The notes beneath the pieces were generated by a model. The model saw only the letters and a list, made by a program, of their open reading frames with translations. It was not told the DNA's origin and made no database searches. A stretch of DNA of 39,859 bases. Origin: an uncultured Clostridia bacterium (GTDB lineage: Bacteria; Bacillota; Clostridia; Oscillospirales; Butyricicoccaceae). Location: positions 1 through 39,859 of the forward strand of contig CAMBYS010000001.1 in assembly GCA_945872165.1 (NCBI GenBank), in the 5' to 3' direction. Position numbers and translations under genes: made by a program. Positions 26,655 to 36,150 of the stretch are shown here, piece by piece (the first letter of the stretch is position 1; each line of letters starts with the position of its first letter).

Positions 26655-27785
26655 ATGTTTCAGGTATTGAAAACAGAAGGAAATGCCCGCCGCGGTGAAT
26701 TTACCTGTGCCCATGGCACCGTACAGACACCGGTTTTCCAGAATGTCGGCACACAGGGTGCCATTAAGGGTGCGGTGTCCGCAAAGGATTTGAAGGAGCT
26801 GGGCTGTCAGATTGAATTGTCCAACACCTATCATCTGCATGTGCGTCCGGGTGACCAGATTGTCCGTGCCATGGGTGGTCTGCATAAGTTTATGAATTGG
26901 GATGGCCCGATTCTGACGGACAGCGGCGGATTTCAGGTCTTTTCCCTGTCCTCTCTGCGTCGCATTAAAGAAGAAGGTGTGTACTTTTCTTCCCATGTAG
27001 ACGGACGCAAGATTTTTATGGGTCCGGAGGAAAGCATGCAGATTCAGTCCAATCTGGGCTCGGATATTGCTATGGCATTTGATGAATGCTGTGAAAATCC
27101 CTCGCCATATGAGTACGTCAAAGCGTCCTGTGCCCGCACTACCCGTTGGCTGCACCGCTGCAAAACCGAACTGGATCGTCTGAACAGCCTGCCTACAACG
27201 GTGAATCCACAGCAGATGTTATTTGGCATCAATCAGGGCGGAACCTATGATGATCTGCGTGTGGAGCATATGAAGGAAATTGCGAAACTGGATCTGGATG
27301 GCTATGCCATTGGTGGTCTGGCTGTAGGCGAATCCACAGAAACCATGTATCATATTCTGGATGTGGTCATCCCTCATGCACCGGTGGACAAGCCGAGATA
27401 TTTAATGGGAGTCGGCACGCCGTCTAACATTATCGAAGCGGTATGGCGCGGTGTAGACTTCTTTGACTGTGTTATGCCCACACGCAACGCACGCCATGGG
27501 CATCTGTTCACCTGGGATGGCATCCGTAATCTGAACAATGCGAAATATCAGCTGGATGACAAGCCCATTGACGAACATTGTAATTGTCCGGTTTGCCGCA
27601 CCTACAGCCGCGCTTATGTCCGGCATCTGTTAAAGTCCGGCGAAATGCTTGGACAGCGTCTGACTGTCATGCACAATCTGTGGTTCTACAACAATCTGAT
27701 GGTTGAAATCCGCAAGGCACTGGATGAAGGACGGTTTGCAGAATTCCGCGCTCAATGGAGCGAAAAGCTGTCCAAGCGTATTTAA
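26655..27785 (+). CDS. tgt: tRNA-guanine transglycosylase
   Basis: SNTYHL, LTDSGGFQVFSL, MAFDEC, GGLAVGE, RYLMGVG, FDCVMPTRNARHG, CNCPVC Zn site. Confidence 0.98.
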   Translation: MFQVLKTEGNARRGEFTCAHGTVQTPVFQNVGTQGAIKGAVSAKDLKELGCQIELSNTYHLHVRPGDQIVRAMGGLHKFMNWDGPILTDSGGFQVFSLSSLRRIKEEGVYFSSHVDGRKIFMGPEESMQIQSNLGSDIAMAFDECCENPSPYEYVKASCARTTRWLHRCKTELDRLNSLPTTVNPQQMLFGINQGGTYDDLRVEHMKEIAKLDLDGYAIGGLAVGESTETMYHILDVVIPHAPVDKPRYLMGVGTPSNIIEAVWRGVDFFDCVMPTRNARHGHLFTWDGIRNLNNAKYQLDDKPIDEHCNCPVCRTYSRAYVRHLLKSGEMLGQRLTVMHNLWFYNNLMVEIRKALDEGRFAEFRAQWSEKLSKRI

Positions 27786-27944
27786 CCGCTTTTCTTTGCA
27801 GAAAGAAAAGCCTGGCAAAAGAAACGCTTGTGCGCTCTCCGCTTTTCTTTGCAGAAAGAAAAGCTTGGCAAAAGAAATGCTTGTGCGCTCTCCGCTTTTC
27901 TTTGCAGAAAGAAAAGCTTGGCAAAAGAAATGTTTGTGCGCTCC
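27786..27944. repeat. Three tandem 53-bp palindromic repeats (REP-like)
   Basis: Units start at 27786, 27839 and 27892; each holds the hairpin GCTTTTCTTT-GCAG-AAAGAAAAGC followed by YTGGCAAAAGAAAYGYTTGTGCGCTC. Confidence 0.92.
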
Positions 27945-28144
27945 CGCGCAACCCCGGCAGCCGGACATACTGGTCCGGCTGCTGGCAAAGCTTTTGCGGA
28001 ATGCAAACATGATAATATATCCAAATAACATGACAATTTATCCGAACTGTTTTTCTATGTAATCCTACTCTTTTTGTTTCATCTGTGTTATAATATAGAA
28101 AATGTTTGGAGACGGTTCCAAACAGGCAAACACAATTGAATAAG

Positions 28145-28335
28145 AAATAATCGGTGCCTCTGCCTGCGGCATAGCTGCAGAGACAGAGGGTAAAAGGGAA
28201 ACAGGTGCAAATCCTGTACGATCTCGTCACTGTGATGGAGGAATAAGAAGCAATGGTGCCGCAGCACCGGTCACTGGCTGTATAGCTGGGAAGGCTGCTT
28301 CCTGTGTGGATTCCTGAGTCAGGAAACCTGCCGCT
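28145..28335 (+). promoter_or_regulatory. Cobalamin (B12) riboswitch
   Basis: GGTGC...AAAAGGGAAACAGGTGCAAATCCTGTAC...CACTGT...CACTGG...GGGAAGG...GAGTCAGGAAACCTGCC B12 box; TG-TATAAT promoter at 28089-28094; upstream of cbiK. Confidence 0.95.
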
Positions 28336-28531
28336 TATTTGTACAGGAATATACATTCCAGATCACGAGGTATTGGTCGTACGTTTTTTGAAGCTGCGTT
28401 TGCAGAGGATGAACTTGGTCTGGTCCTTTATGATAAAAAGGACTTTTTTTACGTTCATACTGACAGAACGGAGTGTTTGTTTCTGTTGCTCGATCCAGTT
28501 GTTTGCAACATTTTTTTAGGAGGGTTAAGTC

Positions 28532-29542
28532 ATGAAAAAACTTACCGCTGTACTACTTACTCTGTCTGTCACCATGGCTATGCTGCTGGCTGGCTGTGGC
28601 TCCGGGTCAACGAACACCATGGTGGATTCCGATTCCGGTTCCGCAAACACCGCTGCTGTGGGCTCTGGTGAAGCTGCTCCGGCTGAAGAGGAAGAAAATT
28701 ATGATACCGGCGATGCTTCTCTGGATGATCCCAGAAATGCGGATAATATCGGGGACAATGAACTGCTGGTACTCAGCTTCGGCACCAGCTTCAATGACAG
28801 CCGCCGCCTGAATATCGGCGCAATTGAAAGGGATCTGGAAAAGGCTTTTCCGGATTATTCCGTCAGACGAGGCTTTACCGCTAACATTGTCATTGACCAT
28901 ATTCAGAATCGTGACGGTGTCAAGATAGATGATGTGGATGAAGCTATGAATCGTGCCGTTGACAATAACGTCAAAAATCTGGTGATCCAGCCTACTCATC
29001 TGATGAATGGATTGGAATATCAAGAGCTGGAGGAACAGGTGGCACAGTATGCGGATGCATTTGATAAAATCGCCATCGGCAAGCCGCTGCTCACCAGCGA
29101 AGATGACTTCAAACGTGTGGAACAGGCTCTGGTGGACTGGACTTCCGAATATGATGATGGTGAAACCGCAATCTGCTTTATGGGTCATGGTACCGAAGCG
29201 GAATCCAATGAAGTGTATCAGAAAATGCAGGATCTGCTGACGGCAGACGGACATGACAATTACTTTGTGGGTACCGTGGAAGCATCTCCGTCTTTGGAGG
29301 ATGTGCTGGCAAAGGTAAAGGCTGGCAGCTATAAGCGGGTGGTTCTGGAGCCATTGATGGTTGTCGCCGGTGATCATGCCAACAATGACATGGCTGGTGA
29401 GGAAGAAGATTCATGGAAAACAACCTTTGAGGATGCCGGTTATGAAGTAACCTGCCTGCTTCGCGGTCTGGGTGAAAATGAAGCAATTCGCCAGATTTAT
29501 GTGGAGCATGCACAGGCAGCAATGGATTCCCTGAATCAGTAA
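28532..29542 (+). CDS. cbiK: Sirohydrochlorin cobaltochelatase CbiK family, lipoprotein form
   Basis: LLVLSFGTSF, IQPTHLMNGLEY, FMGHGT, FVGTVE, PLMVVAGDHANNDMAG..SWK, GLGE; N-terminal LAGC lipobox. Confidence 0.92.
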   Translation: MKKLTAVLLTLSVTMAMLLAGCGSGSTNTMVDSDSGSANTAAVGSGEAAPAEEEENYDTGDASLDDPRNADNIGDNELLVLSFGTSFNDSRRLNIGAIERDLEKAFPDYSVRRGFTANIVIDHIQNRDGVKIDDVDEAMNRAVDNNVKNLVIQPTHLMNGLEYQELEEQVAQYADAFDKIAIGKPLLTSEDDFKRVEQALVDWTSEYDDGETAICFMGHGTEAESNEVYQKMQDLLTADGHDNYFVGTVEASPSLEDVLAKVKAGSYKRVVLEPLMVVAGDHANNDMAGEEEDSWKTTFEDAGYEVTCLLRGLGENEAIRQIYVEHAQAAMDSLNQ

Positions 29543-29552
29543 AGAAAAACAT

Positions 29553-29590
29553 AAGGGGCGGCTCGGGGTTCTCCCGTGCCGCCTTTCTTT
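29553..29590 (+). terminator. Intra-operon hairpin / weak terminator after cbiK
   Basis: AGGGGCGGC.CGGG-GTTCT-CCCG.GCCGCCTTT followed by CTTT. Confidence 0.55.
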
Positions 29591-29608
29591 GAAAGGATGA
29601 ATATAGTT

Positions 29609-30505
29609 ATGGCAAAAATCAAACTGTGTTCCGCTGCCATGACAGCCGTGCTGATGCTGTCTCTTTTATCCGGCTGTGGAACCAATCCGGCTCCGGAGGA
29701 AACCGGTTCTGTCGGTACAGCTTCTGCTCAAGTAGCCTCTGCTGAAGAAATGGCTGCACCGGAACAGGTTGGCGAGGAAGGCATGGAGCCTATCAACGGA
29801 GAGCAGGTAAACGATGGTGTGTATGACATCACAGTGGATTCCAGCTCCCGTATGTTCCATATTACCAGCTGTGAACTGACAGTCCAAGACGGGAAAATGT
29901 CTGCGGTTATGACCATGAGCGGCACTGGTTATCTGTATGTGTTTATGGGTACCGGTGAACAGGCAGTCCAGGCTGATGAGTCGGAATACATTGGGTTTGA
30001 ACAAACAGACAGCGGTGAACATACCTTTACCGTACCGGTAGAAGCGCTGGACAAGGAAATTTCCTGCACTGCGTTCAGTAAGAATAAGAAAAAATGGTAT
30101 GACCGTACCCTGGTATTCCGTGCCGATTCTCTTCCCACTGATGCGTTATCTGAAGCTGTCCGCACGACACCGGAAAGCCTGCAGCTGCAGGATGGTACCT
30201 ATACGGTTGAGGTCACACTGACCGGCGGCTCCGGCCGTGCTACGGTATCCTCTCCGGCTGAGCTGGTTGTGGCAGATGGCACAGTTACCGCAAGACTGGT
30301 CTGGAGCAGCCCGAATTATGATTATATGAAGGTGGATGGTGTTCAATACAATCCGGTCAATACTGAAGGCAATGCCGCATTTGACATCCCGGTCACGGTA
30401 TTTGACTATAAAATGCCGGTTTCCGCTGACACCACTGCCATGAGTACACCACATGAAATCGAATATTTCCTGTATTTCGATTCCTCCTCCATTAAAGCAA
30501 AATGA
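29609..30505 (+). CDS. Lipoprotein with two related beta-rich (NEAT-like) domains, probable corrinoid/metal capture protein
   Basis: LSGC lipobox; repeated pattern DGxYxxxV...V.DG...A.....S..Y.Y...F..PV...D; inside the B12-regulated operon. Confidence 0.7.
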   Translation: MAKIKLCSAAMTAVLMLSLLSGCGTNPAPEETGSVGTASAQVASAEEMAAPEQVGEEGMEPINGEQVNDGVYDITVDSSSRMFHITSCELTVQDGKMSAVMTMSGTGYLYVFMGTGEQAVQADESEYIGFEQTDSGEHTFTVPVEALDKEISCTAFSKNKKKWYDRTLVFRADSLPTDALSEAVRTTPESLQLQDGTYTVEVTLTGGSGRATVSSPAELVVADGTVTARLVWSSPNYDYMKVDGVQYNPVNTEGNAAFDIPVTVFDYKMPVSADTTAMSTPHEIEYFLYFDSSSIKAK

Positions 30506-31650
30506 AAAACAGAAAAACCTTGCTGTGCCTTATCATAATGCTGGCTCTCCTGTTGACTGGCTGCGGCGCAGAGAACAACACACAAAAAGCCGGTGCGTGG
30601 GCAGATATGCAGCCCACCGGCCATATGGATTTACAATATGCTACCCAGTTTCAGGTGGATTATTATGATGGCGGCTATGCCCTCATTACCATCCAGGATT
30701 CTGACAAGCTTCTGCTGGTGCCCGAACAGGCTGAAGTACCGGAAGGCTTGGATAGCGATATCACAGTGCTGCAGCAGCCGCTGGAGAATCTCTATGTGGC
30801 GGCATCCTCTGCCATGGATTTGTTCAGCGGTCTGGATGCGCTGGATCAGGTTCGTATGACCAGTACCAAGCAGTCCGATTGGAGTCTGCCGGAGGTACAG
30901 CAGGCCATGGAAAACGGTGATTTGCTGTATGTCGGCAAATATAATACGCCGGATTATGAACAGATATTGGCAGAAAACTGTGGGCTTGCCATTGAATCCT
31001 CTATGATTTATCACAATCCGGAAACTCAGGAACAGCTGGAAAGCCTGCAGATTCCGGTATTGGTAGAGCGTTCCAGTTATGAAACCCATCCATTGGGACG
31101 AATGGAATGGATCAAGCTGTATGGACTGCTTCTTGGCAAAACCGAGGAAGCGGAACAGTATTTTGATGACCAGGTACAGCAGCTGGATACCATTCTCTCC
31201 GATAAGCAGACAGATAAAACCGTTGCATTCTTTTATATCAGTTCCAATGGCTATGTAAATGTACATAAGCCGGGAGATTATATTTCCAAAATGATTGAGC
31301 TGGCAGGCGGCAGCTATGTTCCCACGGCAGAGGATTTGCAGGTAGAGGAAAATGCGTTGTCTACCATGAATATGCAGATGGAAGCCTTTTATGCAGCTGC
31401 ACAGGATGTGGATTATATCATCTATAATAGTGCCATTGACGGCGAACTGGAAACCATGGACCAACTGCTGGAAAAAAGCCCGTTGCTGGGAGATTTTAAG
31501 GCTGTGAAAAATCAGAATGTCTGGTGCACCGGAAAAAATATGTTCCAGCAGACCACCGGTGCCGCAGATATGATTGCTGATCTGCATGCCGTCGTGACCG
31601 ATCAGGCCGCTGGAAAAGACCAGCTCACTTTTTTACATCGTTTGAAGTAA
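30502..31650 (+). CDS. ABC transporter substrate-binding lipoprotein (iron-siderophore/cobalamin class)
   Basis: LTGC lipobox; YATQF.VDYY, GKYNTPDYE, SYETHPLGRMEWIKLYG, AGG.Y, FKAVK...VW. Confidence 0.9.
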   Translation: MKNRKTLLCLIIMLALLLTGCGAENNTQKAGAWADMQPTGHMDLQYATQFQVDYYDGGYALITIQDSDKLLLVPEQAEVPEGLDSDITVLQQPLENLYVAASSAMDLFSGLDALDQVRMTSTKQSDWSLPEVQQAMENGDLLYVGKYNTPDYEQILAENCGLAIESSMIYHNPETQEQLESLQIPVLVERSSYETHPLGRMEWIKLYGLLLGKTEEAEQYFDDQVQQLDTILSDKQTDKTVAFFYISSNGYVNVHKPGDYISKMIELAGGSYVPTAEDLQVEENALSTMNMQMEAFYAAAQDVDYIIYNSAIDGELETMDQLLEKSPLLGDFKAVKNQNVWCTGKNMFQQTTGAADMIADLHAVVTDQAAGKDQLTFLHRLK

Positions 31651-31663
31651 CAGGAGGAAAACT

Positions 31664-32677
31664 ATGAGACAGAAGCGTTCTGTCCGATATGCCATCGGCT
31701 ACAGCATCCTTGCCATCCTATTGTGTGTACTGCTCATCTGGAATCTGAATGCAGGCAGTGTAAATCTGTCTGTCCGGGAAGTGCTGGAGATTCTGGCAGG
31801 ACACAATAGTGAAAATACGGCAATCATCTGGGAGATCCGCCTCCCGCGTCTGCTGGCTGCGGCAATGCTGGGCGGAGCATTATCTGTTTCCGGCTTTCTG
31901 CTGCAGACCTTTTTTGCCAATCCCATCGCCGGACCCTTTGTTCTGGGTATTTCCTCCGGCGCAAAAATGGTGGTGGCACTGGTAATGATTTTCTTTCTCG
32001 GACGTGGTATTGTGCTTGGTTCTGCCGCATTGATTGTTGCTGCATTTGTGGGTTCCATGATTTCCATGGGCTTTATCCTGATGATTTCCGGACAGGTAAA
32101 GAAAATGTCCCTGCTGGTCATCAGCGGTATTATGATTGGTTATATCTGCTCGGCAATTACCGATCTGGTTGTGACCTTTGCGGATGATTCCAACATTGTC
32201 AATTTGCACAACTGGTCCATGGGCAGCTTTTCCGGCATGAACTGGAGCAATGTGCGCACCATGGCTATTGTTGTATTTGTGTGTCTGGCACTCACCTTCC
32301 TGCTTTCCAAGCCCATGGGAGCATATCAGCTTGGGGAAGTCTATGCGCAGAATCTGGGTGTCAATGTGCGGCTGTTCCGGGTACAGTTGATTCTGTTGTC
32401 CAGTATTCTGTCCGCCTGTGTGACAGCCTTTGCCGGTCCGATTTCCTTTGTGGGAATTGCAGTGCCCCATCTGGTCAAAAGCCTGTTCCGCACCGCAAAG
32501 CCTTTGATTGTCATTCCGGGCTGTTTTCTCGGCGGTGCAGTATTCTGTCTGTTTTGTGATCTGCTCGCACGTACTGCTTTTGCCCCCACAGAACTGAGCA
32601 TCAGCTCTGTCACCGCCATTTTCGGTGCACCAATTGTCATCTGGATGATGCTGCACCGCAGCACACGGAAAGGATAA
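31664..32677 (+). CDS. FecCD/BtuC family ABC permease
   Basis: IRLPR, GFLLQT.F.NPIAGPFVLGISSGA, W.MGSF, LGEVYAQNLGVN, GPISFVGIAVPHL, GAP. Confidence 0.93.
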   Translation: MRQKRSVRYAIGYSILAILLCVLLIWNLNAGSVNLSVREVLEILAGHNSENTAIIWEIRLPRLLAAAMLGGALSVSGFLLQTFFANPIAGPFVLGISSGAKMVVALVMIFFLGRGIVLGSAALIVAAFVGSMISMGFILMISGQVKKMSLLVISGIMIGYICSAITDLVVTFADDSNIVNLHNWSMGSFSGMNWSNVRTMAIVVFVCLALTFLLSKPMGAYQLGEVYAQNLGVNVRLFRVQLILLSSILSACVTAFAGPISFVGIAVPHLVKSLFRTAKPLIVIPGCFLGGAVFCLFCDLLARTAFAPTELSISSVTAIFGAPIVIWMMLHRSTRKG

Positions 32678-32683
32678 CCCGTC

Positions 32684-33817
32684 ATGAAGGAAGCAATTCT
32701 CCACACAGCCGGTCTGGCTGTTGGCTACAATAAAAAAGCGTTAATTCAGGATATTGAAATTTCTGTCCGTCCGGGACAGATTGTCACGTTAATTGGTCCC
32801 AATGGTGCGGGAAAATCCACGATTTTAAAGAGCATTACCCGCCAGCTGGATCCCATTGCCGGTACGGTCAATATCCGTGATACTTCCATCCGTCATATCC
32901 CGGAGCGAAAGTTTGCCCAAACGGTATCGGTCATGATGACCGGCTGGACCGATCCGGAATGGATGTTATGTGAGGAAGTGGTAGAGTCCGGACGGTTTCC
33001 TTATACCGGTCGTTTAGGATTGTTGTCTGCTCATGATCGGGAAAAAGTACAGGAAGCCATGGAGCTGGTACATGTGACAGAACTGGCCCAGCGGAATTTT
33101 ACGCAAATCAGTGATGGACAGCGGCAGCGGGTGATGCTGGCAAGAGCCATCTGTCAGGAGCCGGATATCCTCATTCTGGATGAGCCTACCTCCTTTCTGG
33201 ATATCCGCCATAAGCTGGAGCTGCTGTCCCTGTTAAAGGATCTGGTTCGCCAGAAACAGCTGGCTGTCATCATGTCCCTGCATGAAATTGATCTGGCACA
33301 GAAAATTTCCGATTATGTGTTATGTATCAAGGGAGACCACATTGACCGCTGCGGCACACCGGAGGAAGTATTCACCTCAGCATATATTCATGAGCTGTAC
33401 GGTGTCCATCGGGGCAGCTACAACAGCCTGTATGGCTCTCTGGAGCTGGATGCCCCCAAAGGCCAGCCTAAGCTGTTTGTCATTGGCGGCGGCGGATTGG
33501 GCATTCCGTTTTACCGGAAACTGCAGCGTGCCGGTATTCCATTTATCGCCGGTATCCTGCATACCAATGATCTGGATTATCCGGTAGCATCCGCACTGGC
33601 GGCAGAGGTGGTCACCGAACAGCCCTTTGAGCCTATCCGTGAAGCTGCCATCCGCAGTGCAGAGAAAGCTATGCAGCAGTGTGACGGCGTCCTCTGCTGT
33701 CTGGAACAGTTTGGCACACAGAATCAGGGCAACCGTCAGCTTCTGGAACTGGCAAAACAGCAGCATAAACTGTTGACAGAGATCCAATGGGAAGCTATGC
33801 TGGAAACAACACCTTAG
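32684..33817 (+). CDS. ABC transporter ATP-binding protein with C-terminal extension
   Basis: GPNGAGKST Walker A, ISDGQRQRV signature, ILILDEPT Walker B, SLH H-loop; extra domain starting LFVIGGGG. Confidence 0.93.
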   Translation: MKEAILHTAGLAVGYNKKALIQDIEISVRPGQIVTLIGPNGAGKSTILKSITRQLDPIAGTVNIRDTSIRHIPERKFAQTVSVMMTGWTDPEWMLCEEVVESGRFPYTGRLGLLSAHDREKVQEAMELVHVTELAQRNFTQISDGQRQRVMLARAICQEPDILILDEPTSFLDIRHKLELLSLLKDLVRQKQLAVIMSLHEIDLAQKISDYVLCIKGDHIDRCGTPEEVFTSAYIHELYGVHRGSYNSLYGSLELDAPKGQPKLFVIGGGGLGIPFYRKLQRAGIPFIAGILHTNDLDYPVASALAAEVVTEQPFEPIREAAIRSAEKAMQQCDGVLCCLEQFGTQNQGNRQLLELAKQQHKLLTEIQWEAMLETTP

Positions 33818-33831
33818 AAAGGAACTTCTGC

Positions 33832-34839
33832 ATGCTCTCTATCTTTTCTTATGCATGGAATGCCATTGCACCCATCCTGCTGCTGATCCTGCTGGGCTAT
33901 GTCCTGCGGGTCAAACAGGTATTCCCGGTCAGTTTTTTCCGGACAGTGAACCGGTTTGTCTTTCATTTCAGCTTTCCTGCCCTGATGTTTGTCAACCTGT
34001 ACGAACTGGACAGCATCCGTGACATTGATTTCCGGCTGGCAGTCTATCTGCTCACCAGCCTGGTCATCATCACCGGTATCAGCATTATTCTGGCAAACTG
34101 TGTGACCTCTGTCCGCAACCGCAAAGGGGTACTGATTCAGGCAGGCTTCCGCTCCAATTTTGCCATCATTGGACTTCCATTGGCCGAAGGACTGCAGGGG
34201 CCTGCGGGTCTGGCTGTTGCCGCCTCCATGCAGGCACCGACCGTGATTTATTTCAAAGTAGTTTCTGTCCTTGCCCTGACGGTTTATTCCGATGACGCAC
34301 AGCTGGACACAGGGAAAATTCTGCGGAATATTTTGAAAAATCCCTTGATTCAGGGCTTATCTGCTGGTGTAATTGTATTGATTCTGCGGGAATTTATCCC
34401 CTGCCATCCGGATGGCTCTCTGGTTTTCTCCATTTCCGGCACGCTGCCATGGCTGTATACCACGCTGCAGTATCTGGCACGCATTGCCACCCCGGTCAGT
34501 CTGATGATGCTTGGCGGACAATTCAGCTTATCCGCCGTCCATGGTATCCGCAAAGAACTGACGGCAGGTGTACTGATGCGTCTGGTGCTTGCACCGGTGC
34601 TGGGCTTTGGCATGGCATTTGCGGCAGCACATTTCGGCCTGCTGGAGCTGTCCCCCACATCCATCGGTGTGATGATTGCCGCCTATGGCTCACCCATTGC
34701 CATTTCCAGTTCCGTCATGGCACAGGAAATGCATGCGGATGATGTGCTTGCCGGTCAGATTGTGGTCTGGACTTCCCTGCTGAGTATGATTACCATTTTT
34801 GTCATGACCGTATTGTTCCGCTCTGTCGGCATGCTGTAA
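33832..34839 (+). CDS. AEC family transporter
   Basis: FPALMF, QAGFRSNFAIIGLPL, KNPLI, ATP..L..LGG, SPIAISS.VMA; RBS GAAAGGA. Confidence 0.9.
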   Translation: MLSIFSYAWNAIAPILLLILLGYVLRVKQVFPVSFFRTVNRFVFHFSFPALMFVNLYELDSIRDIDFRLAVYLLTSLVIITGISIILANCVTSVRNRKGVLIQAGFRSNFAIIGLPLAEGLQGPAGLAVAASMQAPTVIYFKVVSVLALTVYSDDAQLDTGKILRNILKNPLIQGLSAGVIVLILREFIPCHPDGSLVFSISGTLPWLYTTLQYLARIATPVSLMMLGGQFSLSAVHGIRKELTAGVLMRLVLAPVLGFGMAFAAAHFGLLELSPTSIGVMIAAYGSPIAISSSVMAQEMHADDVLAGQIVVWTSLLSMITIFVMTVLFRSVGML

Positions 34840-34847
34840 TAGAAGTG

Positions 34848-34883
34848 AAAAACCGGCGCAGTTTCAATCTGCGCCGGTTTTCT
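34848..34883. terminator. Bidirectional terminator
   Basis: AAAACCGGCGCAG-TTTCAAT-CTGCGCCGGTTTT. Confidence 0.85.
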
Positions 34884-34893
34884 GTTTCTTCCA

Positions 34894-36150
34894 TTATTTC
34901 GCGTTGGACAGCATCAGCTTGATGCGGTTTTCCTGATTGATACGGGATGCGCCCGGATCATAGTCTACACTGACAATGTTGGCATGGGGATACTGTTCCC
35001 GGATTTTCCGGATCATGCCCTTGCCGGCGATATGGTTCGGCAGACAGCCAAAGGGCTGGGTCAGTACGATGTTCGGTACATCCTCCTCAATCAGCTCCAC
35101 CATTTCCGCGGGAAGCAGCCAGCCTTCGCCCATCTTCACGCCGGGGCTGATGATCTTCTGGGACAGCTTTCGTACCTTGTCAAATTCCATCATCGGACGG
35201 AAATGTCCATCCTTCTTGATAATACGGATCATATCCTTCTGTTTGTCCAACAGGAAGCGATATACCGCCTGCATCACGGCTGCGCTCTTAACGGAGCGTC
35301 CATACAGCTGGAAGTCAATGATGCCGTTATAGATACAGTACAGACAGAAATCCATCAGACCTGCCAGAACCGGTTCGGTGCCCTCGCCTAACAGGAATTT
35401 TTCCAGATTGTTGTTGCCCAGCGGGGAGAATTTGACATAAATCTCGCCCACAATGCCGACCTTTTTCTTGGAACCGAAATCCTGATAGGGAATCTGTGCA
35501 AATCGCTTGCAGATCAGGATATACAGCATTTTCACATGACTGTAATGAATGAATTTATCCGCTTCAAAATCCTTGGTAATTTTTCTCACCAGCGCGTCCA
35601 CAGCCTTGTCACAGTCACCCTTGTTGACCTCATACGGCCGGCACTGGTTATAGATATGCATGATAAAGTCACCCAGCAGTACACCATATGCCACCTGAAT
35701 GAATGCCTTGGGGGTCAGCTTAAAGCCCGGATTGGCATTCTTCTCCAGTCCGGAGAAGTTCAGGGAAATGACCGGGATATAACCCATGCCATTTTTAATC
35801 AATGCTTTGCGCAGCAGATGAATATAATTGGAGGCACGGCAGCCGCCGCCGGTCTGGGTAATCATAACAGCAACCTTATGCAGGTCATATTTGCCCGATT
35901 CCAGCGCGTCAATAAACTGGCCGATAACCAGCAATGCCGGATAACAGGTGTCATTATGTACATTTTTCAGACCACATTCTGCAATCTGCGGGCCTTCTGT
36001 TTCCAGTACCTCCATGTTGTAACCGTAATTCTTCATGATGGAAGTAATCAGCTTCAGCTGCACCGGCAGCATATTGGGAACCAGAATGGTATAATCCTTT
36101 TTCATGTCCTCTGTAAACGGGACATGTGGAAGCTCACGACTTTCCGGCAT
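34894..36150 (-). CDS. 2-hydroxyacyl-CoA dehydratase-like Fe-S component, partner of the upstream activase
   Basis: FTEDMKKDYTILVP, NDTCYPA, QTGGGCRASNY, GIVGEIYVK, GEGWLL, QPFGCLPNHI.GKG, NQENRIKLML; RBS GAGGAGGG. Confidence 0.85.
   Translation of the reverse strand: MPESRELPHVPFTEDMKKDYTILVPNMLPVQLKLITSIMKNYGYNMEVLETEGPQIAECGLKNVHNDTCYPALLVIGQFIDALESGKYDLHKVAVMITQTGGGCRASNYIHLLRKALIKNGMGYIPVISLNFSGLEKNANPGFKLTPKAFIQVAYGVLLGDFIMHIYNQCRPYEVNKGDCDKAVDALVRKITKDFEADKFIHYSHVKMLYILICKRFAQIPYQDFGSKKKVGIVGEIYVKFSPLGNNNLEKFLLGEGTEPVLAGLMDFCLYCIYNGIIDFQLYGRSVKSAAVMQAVYRFLLDKQKDMIRIIKKDGHFRPMMEFDKVRKLSQKIISPGVKMGEGWLLPAEMVELIEEDVPNIVLTQPFGCLPNHIAGKGMIRKIREQYPHANIVSVDYDPGASRINQENRIKLMLSNAK

Noticed and set aside
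27786-27944. CRISPR array
   Set aside because: The units are contiguous near-identical 53-mers with no unique spacers, and there are no cas genes in the window.
27630-28519. Several short ORFs over the repeat and riboswitch region
   Set aside because: They are translations of the palindromic repeat and the B12 riboswitch with no coding features.
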